DNA of 64,000 nt from the human T2T-CHM13v2.0 reference genome, Homo sapiens: NCBI RefSeq assembly GCF_009914755.1, contig NC_060938.1; one strand, written 5' to 3'. The translations under genes and the position numbers were made by a program. Below are positions 1-34,078 of the stretch, piece after piece; within the stretch, counting starts at the first letter, position 1, and every line of letters begins with the position of its first letter. Below the pieces are notes generated by a model. That model ran no database searches and was not told the origin of the DNA. It worked only from the letters and a program-made list of their open reading frames with translations.

Positions 1-687
1 AAACTAAATTAAAAATACACACATAGGTTGGTATATGCATGGTAACATTCTGGTGATTATTTCTTGGGGAGGGGAAAGGTTTATTACATACACTGTACAA
101 TATATATTTTTTTTTACCATAGCAGGTACACTTGTTCAATAATTTTTAATAGTTGCATTTATCCTTTCATAGAATATCCATTACAATAGTTTCCACAGCA
201 GTAATTGACCCAGGGATTTAAGTAGAATAAGAAATGCCTTTAATATTTTAACAACTTGAAGAAACGAGGAATTTTTTCTTCACCAAAAGGCATAGGTTTT
301 ACACACAAGGAACTTATGTCTTTATAAATCTAATTTAAAGAAAACATTTCTTCCATGATGATAAGACCTAGAATAGACACACAAATGGTGGAGTTTTTTA
401 CTGCTGATAAAAATAATAACTGTTTGTTATAGAAATTTTAAAAGAGAAAAATATAAAAAGAAGAAAACAACAATCACCTATACCCCACCCGATTACAGCA
501 ACTGCAGACATGTTGGTGTATTTTCGGCCAGTTACTATGTGTACACAATTTTCTGTTTTACAATGTTATGAACCCACTACAAATGATTATGTATTTTCTT
601 TTTTTTCCATCAATTCCCATATCATGCAAATTTTCCCATGTTCTTAAAATGTTATTCAAGAACATGATAGTACATCCTATGGTCATT

Positions 688-3960
<3,273 letters not shown>

Positions 3961-4223
3961 AATGGCTTCCCTGGCCTCAGAAAGGCTGAGCAGCCTTGTA
4001 GACTCAAACGGACCTTGACAGAAGCCAGAAACCACAGGCAAAGCTGAGACCCTCAAGAACAAGCCACCCAGGGGCAGCAGCACAGGCAAAAGGAGCAGGC
4101 AGCAGTGCCTGGGCAGAGGCGACTTCCGGAGTGGGGCCGCCTCATCAGTCATTGTACCCTGCTATCTTCCAGAGACAGAAGCCCCAGAAGCACACAAACC
4201 ACCAATCAGAAGAAAAAGAACTA

Positions 4224-4404
4224 CTGCATTTCATCGATTGTAAGATACACATTTTTTTATATTACATTTTGTTATCTCTGAAATCTGGGTGCATCTTACA
4301 ACTGATGGCAGGTCAGTTTATTTGGCAGCTGTTTTCCTTTCTTAGAGGAGCTAAAGTAAAGGTGCCTCTTCAAATGAGTGGCATGCCAGATTCAATGAAA
4401 TATA
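4224..4404. mobile_element. MER104-like Tc2 DNA transposon relic
   Basis: catttcatcgattgtaagat...agattcaatgaaata inverted ends. Confidence 0.55.
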
Positions 4405-4758
4405 GGATGACTTACGGAGCCCTAATTATGCTGCAGGCATCATTTTGGCCAGTTAGCACACACCATCATACCCCTCCAAGAGATCTGCATTACAAACCAC
4501 AAAAGCGGCTCAGAGGGGTTCAGAAAACTTCCCAAAGTCACACAGCCTGTAAACAGCAGACGCAGCATTCAAACCCAAGTGTGCTGGGGCCCAATGCATC
4601 TATCCCTCTCACTATATTGGCCTCATCTCCTTTCCTTCTAGGTGAAGTGATGGGGGACAAGGCCAAATTCAGTGTGTCATTTCGGTCCTCAGGTCTGTGG
4701 GTCCTGGATAATTCTCCAGGGTAGGTCACTCCTCTGGCACCTCTATTTGGGCCCTTAC

Positions 4759-6620
<1,862 letters not shown>

Positions 6621-7766
6621 CTTATGTTCAGCTCCAAACTGAGAAACTTCCAGGGAGCCCTGGCTCTGTGCTTACATGTCGCCTGGATCTGGAGCAGCTC
6701 TGTAAACCTGGCCTCCCGTGCCTGCCTCCACCCCGCACCCTGCCCAGCTCTAGCTGTGGGTTTCCTGTGACCTTCCCAGGCCCACTGGGCTCCTTACTAG
6801 CCAAACCGGCTCCTCCACCCACACCAGGCCCTGGGTAAAGAGGTTGAAGTTTCTCCTCCAGGTGGCATCTTTGGGAAGGACACGAATTGCAAGTTCTCCA
6901 GTCAGGCTGGAACTGGCAGGCTCTGTGGCCAGGCCAGGGCTCCCACTTTCATGTCAGCACTGACGGAAGGGGTCACTGGAAGGCCTGCCTGGGTTCTGGT
7001 CTCAGGGGTACCAGGGGACAGCAGGCCAAACCAGGGTCATTGTCCCCCACAGAGGCAGAGGGTCACCTTTCTCTTCCTCTATGCTGCAGCCCTCGCAACC
7101 CTGAGTACCCAATATTCTCCAGACACGCCCTCCCTGGCTCCAGCTTTGCCCTTGCAGACCCCTGCATGTTCAGTCTCTCCCTGCCAGGGCTGGAGGACCC
7201 CCAAGCTGATGTTTCCAGTCTCAGCTGGGAGGTGGCCTCCATGCAGCCTCTTCACCTCTCCCCTAGCCCAGGACATGCTTCCCTGACAGCAGCTCTCCAA
7301 CCACCATTGTGGCTTTTACTTATGGCTCCACGAGTATTAGTACCCATGATGAGTGGACACTGCGACAGTGCTAAGGTCTCCTTGTAGAGGGGACACAGAG
7401 TACTAGACAGACAATTACATTAGAGGGTGGCAAGGGTTACAGCAGTGACCCAGGCTGCAGCCAGCCCAAACCACTTCGTGAGAGCCAACAGTATGCACTT
7501 CTCCTCAACTCTGTGGTCAGTGACGTCAACTTCATAGATGGAAACCAGCCATGGGGGCAGTATTTACACCACGGAAATCAGCAAACTGCAAACCAGGGCT
7601 TTTTTCCCCGTTCTGCAAGTTGTTAAATGTTTCCTAGCACCCCACTGCAGAAGCAGCATTACAGGGGACTGTGAGCCTCGAGAAGGCTGCTAGCTTCATT
7701 TGTGTTCGCCCTAAAAATGGATCCTGAGACGAGCACTTGGGAGAAAGTATTTTTTTTGGAAGGCGA

Positions 7767-8252
7767 TGTAGGAGAGAAAAAGTCATGTCTTTTGCTCACC
7801 CATCACAAGGCCCGTGGGTTGTCAGCCATGAACCCCTACAACAAAAGACAGATTTACAAAAGAAAAGCACACACATTTAATTCATATAAGTTTTACACGA
7901 CACAGAAGTCTTTAGAAAATGCAGACCCAAAGAAACAGGGAAATTTGTACATTCTTAAGGACAGTCATGAAAAAGTATGTTGGACCAGGGGTGTATAATC
8001 TAATGGTAGAAATCTGGGAGAACTTAGCAAACAGAACAACAAACAGAACAAACAAAAGTCCTGTTTGTTCGGGTTCTTCTTGGCCTCTCTGTGTCTTCTG
8101 AGATAAGAACGTTAATGAAGACGACCTACTTCAGGGTAGACGGGAATGAGGTCAGAAAGTGACCTTCTTGCTTCTGTGGTTTTCTCAGTTTCCTGCATCG
8201 TCAAATACTCACTATGTCAAGGTGCTTATCCTGGGGTGTCCGAGCCCCATCA
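7767..8252 (-). mobile_element. Solo MER4-group (MER31-like) LTR
   Basis: Reverse complement of the 8711-9497 family; TSD gcga/gtga. Confidence 0.7.
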
Positions 8253-8710
8253 GTGATCACAAAGAGCAACAACAGTGAGGCAGGGAAGGGAAGGGGCTTA
8301 TTTAGACGGGGATTATCAAGCCATTTTGCCAACGTGGCCAGTCGGAACTCCATCCTACCAGGCATGGCAGAGGTAGAGCAGACCTCAGCGGTCACACGGA
8401 GCCGTGAGCAAGCCAGTATTTACTCACCAACCCCGTCACCGTTTGGCCCGCATTGACTCCCTGGCGCTTCCAGCGGGTTCTGTGCTTGGACCCAGCTTGC
8501 TCCCGTTTCCAGGAAAAATGCTGCACCTGAGGCACTCAGTGCAGGCAGCCGCCCTCAAATAGAGGTGACCTGGGTAGGGTACCACCGTGTCTGGTAAGGG
8601 AGCCCACTCAGGCTGGAGGCTCGGCACCCCCAGACTATACATTTCCTGCCTGCAGAGACTGCTGTTCTGCCCCCGGGCGTCCTTGAGACCTGTCAGGAGA
8701 GTCATAAGAT

Positions 8711-9497
<787 letters not shown>

Positions 9498-9894
9498 AGA
9501 TCAAAACTATTTTTATAGCAACACTAAGACATTAGTATTTTGCCCTCTCGTTCTCTTGTGCCCTCTCATTCTCTTGTGTGTACAGAATTTTCCAGAGGCT
9601 GCATGACATGTGATATTGCAGTAGATTGAATGCAGAAGCAAATATGAGTGTCCAGCTGGTTTCTATTAAGCCAGACATTAAAAAGACTTGAAAAAAATGT
9701 ATTAAAAAGACTGATTTGGGGCCAGGTGCTGTGGCTCACGCCTGTAATCCCAGCACTTTGGGAAGCCGAGACGGGTGGATCACCTGAGGTCAGGAGTTCC
9801 AGACTAGCCTGGCCAACATGGTGAAACCCCGTCTCTATTAAAAATACAAAATTTAGCCAGGTATGGTCGCACCAAAAAAAAAAAAAATACTGAT

Positions 9895-10240
9895 TTGGGA
9901 TGGTTCCCAGAGGATGGGAAGGGTAGTAAGAGGGTGGGGAGAAGGTGGGGATGGTCAGTGAGTACAAAAAAAAAATAGAAAGAATGGGTAAGACCTAGTA
10001 TTTGACAGCACCACAGGGTGACTATAGTCAATAATAATTTAATTGTATATTGAAAAATAATTAAAAGAGTAGAATTAGATTCTTTGTAAGACAAAGGATA
10101 AATGCTTGAGGGGATGGATGCCCCATTCTATATGATATGATTATTATGCATTGCACGTCTTACCAAACAAAACATCTCATGTTCCTCATAAATATATACA
10201 TGAACTATGTACCCACAAAAATTAAAAATTATTTTAAAAA
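9895..10240 (+). mobile_element. L1M 3' end fragment
   Basis: acagggtgactatagtcaataataattt...tatgtacccacaaaaattaaaaa, typical of an L1 3' UTR. Confidence 0.7.
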
Positions 10241-10393
10241 TAATACTGATTTTCTCACTTTTTTGTTTTGGAAGATATAATTTAAAAAATTTTTATTATA
10301 AATATAACAATATATACATTCATTATTTTAAACTAATAAATACTACTTTAACTTTTTCTTAATTTTCATTTCTAATGTGGTAAACATTGATAG

Positions 10394-10931
10394 TGTCGGG
10401 GCTCAGAAAACAATACCCTGAAGTCTGGACCTTGGGCAGGCTGAGTACTTTGAACTAAAGGAGATTAGAAGGCCTCAGAAGCAAAGTCTCTCTCTGACCT
10501 TCTCCTGCCCTCATTTCTTCTTTTCCCATTTCTCCCCGAAGCAGGTCATAGAAACTAGAATTTCTCCTCCCCAAGGTGTGTCATAAAAACTAGAACTCCT
10601 CTCCCGCAAAGCCAGCCATAAAACCTAGAGACCTCTGACCTACCTTCCCCTCAAGGTGGCCACAGGACCCTCATTGCAAAAGGATCCTACCCCATATTTG
10701 GGGCGAGGACATGCCTCACAGAGAGGCCAGAAAGAATCTGAACAAACAGGCTTTGGCAAGATCCCTCCAGTTCATTACCACTGGGTCATACCCCCGGGTC
10801 TTTGTGTCTTCATCATGTAAAACTTACCCTGAATACCCTTGCTATGCCTCTCTCTGGTTAATCTGTCTTTTGCAATAAGGGTATGGGGTAGACCTTGCAA
10901 CACCTTTTCCTCATTCGGAAGGCTTGCTACA
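10394..10931 (+). mobile_element. MER4-group (MER31-like) LTR
   Basis: tgtcggggctcagaaaacaataccc...ttaatctgtctttt shared with neighbouring LTRs. Confidence 0.7.
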
Positions 10932-11547
10932 GGTGCCAGGTGCCAGTATGCTACAAAAATGCTTTGCCTTTTTTCCCCCCTCATTCAACCCTCCAAAGAG
11001 GCTTAAAACAGAGGTCATTTTTAACTCTATGAGGAAATCAAGGTTTAGAGAATTAAAGCTGCTTAAGGACACAAAGTTGGCAAGGGACAGAGCTAGGATT
11101 TGAGCACAAGCAATCGGACCCTGCGGCCTGAAACTTCAAGCCTACAATTTCCTTTATATCCTACTACTTCAGTTCTCAGCACTCCTCCACACCATCACAC
11201 AGTCTTATCTGCACCTGCCTGGTAATACCTGGGGGCCATGGGGGCGTCTTAGCACCAACTTGACATCCGTATGTGTCGCACGTAAGTGTGTCTCAAATTG
11301 GAGCACTTAGACCTGCCCGTGTTCAGGAACTAAAATTCTATGAGATTTTTAAGTTTTGTGTTTATTTTAATAAATAATCTTAAGGTTTTGTTTTTTTTTT
11401 TACAAGTTTTTAAGGATGACATTGTTATATTACTATTTCACAACTGAAAGCCATTTTAACAGAATAAGACCTTAAATTTCCAAGTTAGAATTTTCCAGAC
11501 TGGGTCCTGAGACGTTTTCTTTGAAATAAAATGATCCCTCTTAACCT

Positions 11548-12984
<1,437 letters not shown>

Positions 12985-13241
12985 CCCTGCTTTCCTGGAG
13001 ATCATTCCATTTGTAGTTTTCTCCAAATGAAACTTTTTTATATATGATTATAAAAGTGACACTTGATTCATGCAAAAAAAAAAATCAGCTAATACAACAT
13101 GGTATAAAGAGGAAAGTGTGGCCAGGCACAGTGGCTCACACCTGTAATCCCAGCACTTTGGGAGGCTGAACCGGGGGGCGGGTCACAAGGTCAAGAGTTC
13201 AAAACCGGCCTGGCCAACATGGTGAAATCCCGTCTCTACTA

Positions 13242-13850
<609 letters not shown>

Positions 13851-14586
13851 TCAGTTCCTCATCGCTCAAGCCTGTTCACAGCAGATGGGGCATTTCAGCT
13901 CAACAGATACAATCTGTGACCTTCGCCAGACAACACTCAAAGGCCTTCAACAACATCAAGGTGCACAATTTCCATAGGGAGACTCACCATAAGCACATAA
14001 TGGAATGCCAAATGAAGCAGGTGCAGGGCCCCAAGTTAGAAGAAAGGAGGGAGAGATTAATACTCTCTTGAAGGTATCAGAGCCTGGTATCCTCATCTGC
14101 AAACTGCAGGCACCTACTCAAAGAGCCACCAAGAGGAGATGAAATTGTGTATATGAAAGCACCAATCCAAATGCTGGCACGCAGCAATAGTTGGATCAGA
14201 ATATAGATATGACTATTAGAAAGTTCTCTCTTCTATCCATACAAAATCTCCCTCTTGGTAATGATGAGGTTTTAATCTAGCACTTCTCAAAGGTGGTCCA
14301 TGAACTTGTTTCCATTACCAGACCCCACCCAGAATGTCCTAGGGACAAATTCCCAGTTGTCTTTACTTCTCTTAGAAATAATCAGAATCTCTGGGGACAC
14401 AGTCCTACATGCTGCCTCTTTACCAATCTCCCTAAACAATTCTTGTTTGAGAACCACTGGTGAAGTGGATAAAATATCGCTCCTGGGGATGAGGGAAACA
14501 TAGTTTCAAGTCCTAGCTCTGTCACTCACTGGAGATCTCAGGCCGTGGCCTCCTGTTTTTGTTTGTTTTTTAAGAAAGGGTCTCTC

Positions 14587-21429
<6,843 letters not shown>

Positions 21430-21649
21430 CCCCGTATCCTTTTACAAGTGCTCACAAGCCATCTTTCAAATAGCTTGTTTCCAGAAGCCAGCTTCCCCAG
21501 CTATTGGAGTTTGCAAAATTTCTCTTGCATTGTTGGTTGGAAAAGTAGGACTTAAGGAGATTTCTAGACAAGAAAGCATGATTAGAAATGGAAGATGCTA
21601 CAGAGTGCAATTAGAAAGTATATCTTAAGGTAATCTGTGATAAGAGGGG

Positions 21650-27752
<6,103 letters not shown>

Positions 27753-29129
27753 CTGCTAGAGCTGGTTTTTTATACAACTCTAGGGACAATACCCATTGCC
27801 ACTTATTAAATGCCTACTGTGTGCCAGGGAGAGAAGGAAAGCAACATTATCGGCCCCATTTAAGGAGGTCACTTGCCCAAGGTAGTCCAAATGGCCGGTG
27901 GCAGGCAGACGAGCTCACATCTGCCTCCCTTGACAGGCACTGATGTTGAGGTTGTATTTCTTCCCTTGGCGTCCATAACGCAGACCCTAAAGTCTTGTTT
28001 GTGTTGGAGAGCTTTGGAGCCTTAAATTTAGAGGCGCTTCACACAGCTCATGCCACCCGCAGAAGTACCAGAGAGCCTGGCATAGGCCAAAGAACTGGCA
28101 AAGCCTTCAGTCTCTCCTCACCATCTCAGGAAATTGAATCTGTTCTCCCTCCTAGTAACTCACTTAGCCAAATGACTACACTTGTTGGGCACTAACCCCA
28201 TGTCCAAGGGACAACTATGAGCTGGTCCAGTGATGGAGGAGGTGGGTGGCAGCTGGGTCACACTCCTGCCACAGATTTGGTACCCAGAACAGTCATTAAG
28301 GTTTTGTCAAGGGATGGACAAGCCAGAGAGAGGAGAGATGGGCCTTCATGAGGATATCAACAAAGTCCCTACAAAAAAGTCGGAGGTAGATAAAAATATT
28401 AGGCAGGAAAGAGATGTAATGGATTCATCCCACTGAGGCATGAACAATTAATTGCCACCTGTCAATTGTCAATGGGGAGAATTCCATCCACCCAATCATT
28501 TAAAGCAAGCTGGAACCGGTTACAATGAGAATTAGCCAAGGATGAAATTTAAAGGATGCCCGGGGGCAAGTGATGTAATGGGTTGCAAAACAAACGTCAG
28601 ATAAAAGGCATGGGCTCAGGGGGCCTGGTGCCAGAGCAGACGGCATCCTATAGAGACTATCTTTTACTCTGGAGAAGCTAGAGCAGTACACACAGTATTC
28701 GACATTCAGGGGTGGGGCCTGAGATTCTGTATTTCCAATGAACTCCCAGGTGATGCTGAACAGCTGCCATCTGTGGGTCATCTCGAATAGCAAGGGATGA
28801 GATGACTCTTAAGAGACAACTCAAGCTGTTCCCTGCAGCAAAAATAAAACGAGTGGGGGGAATGCAGATGTCACAGGGCTGTTTGGTGTCGTGGAAAAAT
28901 GAAGGTGGGGCTTATCATCAAGAAGTCCTTTACACATCCATGACTTTCTGTCCAACTCATAGGAGACTGTGAAGAAATTACCTTTTCCTTTTTAAAATGA
29001 AGAAACTGAAGTGTAAGAAGATTGAACACAGCAGGGTCAAAAACATTAGGAGTAGATACAGGTGCCCCACACCATCCTTGACCCCACACACACTTCCAGA
29101 AAACATCAAGCAAGGAGCAGGCAAAGAGC

Positions 29130-29865
29130 TGTCATAGGAGTGTGGTTTTTTTAATACCATCTGTGCCAAGCAATATCAAAGTTGTCCATACTCTCCAAGT
29201 TTGTCCTATTTTTAATAGACAATATTAAAAATTTTTTAAGTGTGTGCTGATAAAGAGACTAGTCACACCTCTGAGGGGATTTAAAAATGAGAAGCCACAT
29301 AAATTCTCTTCCTTAAAAAACAGCCATTTCAAAAGATTTTCTTTAATATCATAAAATATTTTCATGGACAAGTGAGCTAGCAAACACACATGCACCAATG
29401 TGCCTTTTGACAAGAGTACCCCCTACCCCGACTCCCACACCAAAATGGACATGAGATTGGAGAAATGAATACAGCAGATGGAACAGATAGAAGAAAAAAA
29501 AATCAGTAAAAAGGATGGAATATAACTTTGTGCTTGGTTATTTTCCTATGTCGCAACAAAACAAGACATTTCGGTGCAAATAGTTAATCTTTCCTCTTTT
29601 TTTCCATTTGTCTGGTGGAGAAAAAATACTTTTTCTATAATAAAATATGTAGTTTTTTGGTTTTTAACGTAACTTTTTTTTCTTTTTTGCAGAAAATAAT
29701 TTTGTAAACTGTCACTTCGCGGGCAGGGAGGATCGATGCCACGTGGGCCCCAGCTCACCCGGGTGGAGGCTGGGAGCTGAAACCGAACCCAGGCAGGAGA
29801 TGGGCGACGGCGGAGGTGCAAGGCAGGGCACGGCGCACAAGACGAGGGCGGCCGGGCGGGGTGGA
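29130..29865 (-). other. ACTN1: ACTN1 3' UTR (about 735 nt)
   Basis: Follows the stop codon; GC-rich then AU-rich; the end is inferred from the distal ATTAAA. Confidence 0.75.
29150..29155 (-). terminator. Likely ACTN1 polyadenylation signal ATTAAA
   Basis: Plus-strand tttaat. A CA lies about 20 nt downstream (about 29130), followed by a U/GU-rich stretch on the minus strand. Confidence 0.65.
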
Positions 29866-30170
29866 TTAGAGGTCACTCTCGCCGTACAGCGCCGTGGAGA
29901 AGGACATGTAGTCCAGAGCACCTGGCACGGAGTCGGGGCCGGTGTAGGGGGCCATCCGCGCGATGCAGTACTCAGCCTGGTCGGGTGGCAGCTCGCGGCG
30001 CAGCTCGTCCATGGTAATGTAGTTCTGCGAGGAGAGAGTGGTCAGGAAGGCCGCAAAGTCCAGCAGCCGTAAAGCGGCGCGGCCCGACACAGCCGCAAAG
30101 CCTGGCGGCGTGAAGGCAGCATGTGCCGTTTGCATTTTGCCTCCCTCCTGTAACTACAGGATGTACGGAC
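29720..30170. promoter_or_regulatory. CpG-rich island over the last ACTN1 exon
   Basis: Dense CG dinucleotides, unlike the flanks. Confidence 0.6.
29866..30024 (-). CDS. ACTN1: ACTN1 last coding exon portion, NYITMDEL...LYGESDL*
   Basis: tcgcag|AACTAC...; TAA at 29866-29868. Confidence 0.97.
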   Translation of the reverse strand, partial: NYITMDELRRELPPDQAEYCIARMAPYTGPDSVPGALDYMSFSTALYGESDL

Positions 30171-30911
30171 GTAAATATCCACACATGTACATACCGCATA
30201 CACAACATGTATTTTTAAAATTCTCTCAGGTTTTCCACTTCAGTACCTACTTTGTAAGCCACTTTCCAATCTAATTCCATGTGCCAATTACACCTATAAT
30301 CATCTTCTGAATCACACTAGTCTGCAATAATTGCGTGCTGGAGCAGTATCAGCAGATACTCTGGTGGAGCGTATAGGTTCCTGGGGAGACCCCACACGCA
30401 CTCAACTGAGCTCTCTGGACGCCTCGGACAGACAGTCTAATTTTAATGAGCCCTCCAGCAGATTAAGAACACCATCCATGTTTGGGCATCACTGCTTCCC
30501 AAATATGGCCAGGCTATGTTAAGCAGCTTTGCAGAAATGCGGGCCTTGCCCCATGCAAGCAGCTCCAGCCTGGGTATCTACCTTCTCCCAGGTTTGCTCA
30601 TGATAGGTCTACTTGGAAGCTGCTTCTTTTAGGAGCTTCAAGATCCAGGAGAGCTCATTTGGGGGCTCTGACCCACAAGGTAGTCGCCCTGCACCATGCC
30701 CTACCTCTGCCAGAGTGCCCTGGGAACCAGTTTGAGGGAGGGTAGAGCTGCCACTGTCAAGCCAAAAGTTGGGAGACCAGGCCCCTAGCTGGGCCCTAGT
30801 TTTCCTCCTCTACAAAATTAGCCACTACAACTAAATGGTTTGAGGATCCTTCCAGCTCCAAAGTGCTATGATGCAAATAACGTTGTTCTTGTATTTAAAT
30901 CAGAACTTTAG

Positions 30912-31223
<312 letters not shown>

Positions 31224-32034
31224 TGAACTCCTGACCTGATCCATCCACCTCAGCCTCCCAAAGTACTGGAATTACAGGCGTGAGCCACTGTGCCTGGCCT
31301 GAATCTTTTCAGTTTTGAAGGAAGGATGGCATAAGGATTTACTGTGACTTTTACTGAACAGAACACAGACCCTAGGCCCCCACCCCACCCCCACCATTTC
31401 TTCTGGCTGCTCTGTGAGTCTTTTCTCTAATATTCGAGGGATCTGTGGCTTCTACAGATCCCCTCAGGTCCCTGGGCTGGAGATGGCTGTGGTTCTGGGT
31501 AACATCCAGGTCTACCAATGACCATCTCAGAACAGTGGAGACTTGGACTGAGCCTCTGGCATCCATGGAGACAACCCCCTGCATCCATCCACTGCCAGGT
31601 GGAGTGTTGCAGGGTACTTGGGAGACTGGGAAACCCAGAGTAGATCACTGCTCAGGGTAGAAAACACGAGAGACATGCTTCCTTCCTGGGTCCCACAGTC
31701 CCTCTTCCTGCTCCCATTATAGTCCGTGCCGATGCGCGGGATGAGACCAAGGGTGAAGTCCCAGGGATTGTCAGATGGACTCCAAGAGTCCGATCACACA
31801 TCCACACCACTCTATTCTCATCTGCCACCCGTCATTTCATCCCAGCTATGGAGTCCCTCACTGGCATGCAGTGATCCTGGAAGGGTCACTTATACTAATC
31901 CTGTGTCCTGACACCTTAGCTGAGCCCAAGACATTACAGAAATGAGTAGAAGTGGCAAACAAGGAGAGGCCAAAGGACCCTGGAAGAAGGGGCGGTTGAG
32001 GAGTTCATGTTCCAGCTCTCACCCCTTTAGATCA

Positions 32035-32301
<267 letters not shown>

Positions 32302-33464
32302 TCATATGGACTGAAGACCCTGGGGGCTCAGAGCAGCCTATGGCTGGAAGAGAAGGGCACATCCCCCTGACCTAACCTGGGTTGTCCTAAGGGTATGATG
32401 GGGACACAACACCCAACAGGGGAGACCCAGCTCAGGGTTCCCCACACCCTGCAGATGCCTGAGTTCCTCTTAGAGCAAATAATCATGTTGATAATAACTA
32501 TAATGACAACAATGATTAACAATGGCTGACACCTATGTAGCATATCAAGTATTAATCTAAAAGCTTTATTTCAATTCATTTAATCCTTACTACAACCATA
32601 AAGATAGGTATTTTATTATCTTCATTGTACAGATGAGAAATCTGAAGCCCAGACAGGCTAAGTGATTTGCCCAGGGTCACACAGCCAGGAAGCAGCAGAA
32701 CTGGGATTTGAACTCAGGCAGTCTGGTTCTAGAATCTGTTCTCTCCCCACCACACTGTATTTTCTACATGCCAGATACATGCACACACTTAAATTCCTTC
32801 ATTTAATCCTTGTAACAGTCCTGTAGGGTTCCCCCACTTCACCTGAGGTAACACACTAATGACGGCAGGGCTGGGATTTACTCCCAGGTTCACTGCTCCT
32901 AGCCCCATGCCCATGCCCTGCGCTGGACAGCCTGTGGGCTCTGCACTTGGCACCATGGCTCAGGAGTCACCTGACTGCTCTGCTCAGAATGTCTGTGCAA
33001 GGGGGGACAGACTAGGAAGGTTGGGGGGTGGGGGACGGCCTGGGACAATCCAGAGGGGCGGCAGGCCCAACCAGAGTCACCGCCAGGACAGAGGTGGAAG
33101 TCTCGGTTTCCATGCTCCATGTGAGGTGACGCATGCCAGCCCGAAACCTGGGATGTCCCACACCACCAGTCCTTCCTGCCAGCCTCAGGGTCAGCCCAGC
33201 TGTCCACAGTGGGAGTGAGAAGTACCAGAAGATGAAGTGGCACAGAGATTGAGGCGAGGAGGTCAGGCCTCCCGGATACACACACGCCCGTGGCCGGGCC
33301 GGCTTTCAGGGAGCCATCTTCCCCAAGGACATGGGCCCTGGGGCTCCTCCAGGGAGGGCAGCCCCTAGCCTGAGGGCCTCCAGCCTGCCACTCCTGGGAC
33401 TTGGCTGCTCCCGCCAGCTGGCTGCCTTCTCACCAGGGCAGACAGAGGGTGGGGTTTACGTTAC

Positions 33465-33530
33465 CATGTTGTAACCCATGGAGATCAGGCAGGCGCGGAA
33501 ATCATCCGTGTCCATCATGCCTGTCTTCTT
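33465..33530 (-). CDS. ACTN1: ACTN1 alternative exon SM/19b (66 nt), Ca2+-insensitive, [22 protein letters not shown]
   Basis: cacag|AAGAAG...AACATG|gtaacg; paralogous to the NM exon. Confidence 0.96.
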
Positions 33531-33532
33531 CT

Positions 33533-33946
33533 GTGGGGGGCAGTGGTACCAAGACACAAGGAGGGTCGGGAAGGCAGGAAGAGGAAGGGCCGGCCCGGGG
33601 CCAGGAAGACAGGAACAGATGGCCAGAACGGGGATGAGATTTATGGTTTTGGGGGTCAGGATAGGTAAAGGAACATAGGAGAAGATGCGAACACACATCG
33701 GTGGAAATGTCCAAAGACAGGAGGAAGACAGAGCAGGGAGATGCAAAAATCCACCCATGGGATGAAGAGCAGCGAGGACGGAAGACAGCGGGCACCCAGT
33801 AGGTTGCCATGAAAGACAGCAGAGGGCAGAGGGTGGACCAGTGATGGGGCAGACAGAGACAGCAGGAGAGGACGAGCCCCATGGCCCACAGGAGGGGGAC
33901 AGGAGATCCAGACAGAGAGAAGAGAAAAAGGAAAAACGCATTATTT
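33533..33946 (-). promoter_or_regulatory. AG-exclusion zone and distant branch point of the SM exon
   Basis: No minus-strand AG for 414 nt upstream of the SM acceptor; AAATAAT followed by a long pyrimidine tract at about 33941. Confidence 0.85.
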
Positions 33947-33995
33947 CTTGCCCCAGACGCCACCCCTGAGCGTGCTCCATGCAGGAGGCGAGTAC

Positions 33996-34076
33996 CTGGG
34001 GGTCGTTGCCAATATCATAACCCAAGCTGATGAGGCAGGCTTTGAACTCCTCGGGACCCAGTGTGCCGGAGTGATC
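33996..34076 (-). CDS. ACTN1: ACTN1 alternative exon NM/19a (81 nt), Ca2+-sensitive EF hand, [27 protein letters not shown]
   Basis: cccag|GATCAC...CCCCAG|gtactc; symmetric phase 0. Confidence 0.97.
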
Positions 34077-34078
34077 CT

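Noticed and set aside
4131-4724. 197-aa ORF, and similar intergenic ORFs (6887..7387, 17414..18019)
   Set aside because: No recognisable homology or splice structure; several have non-ATG starts or overlap transposon relics.
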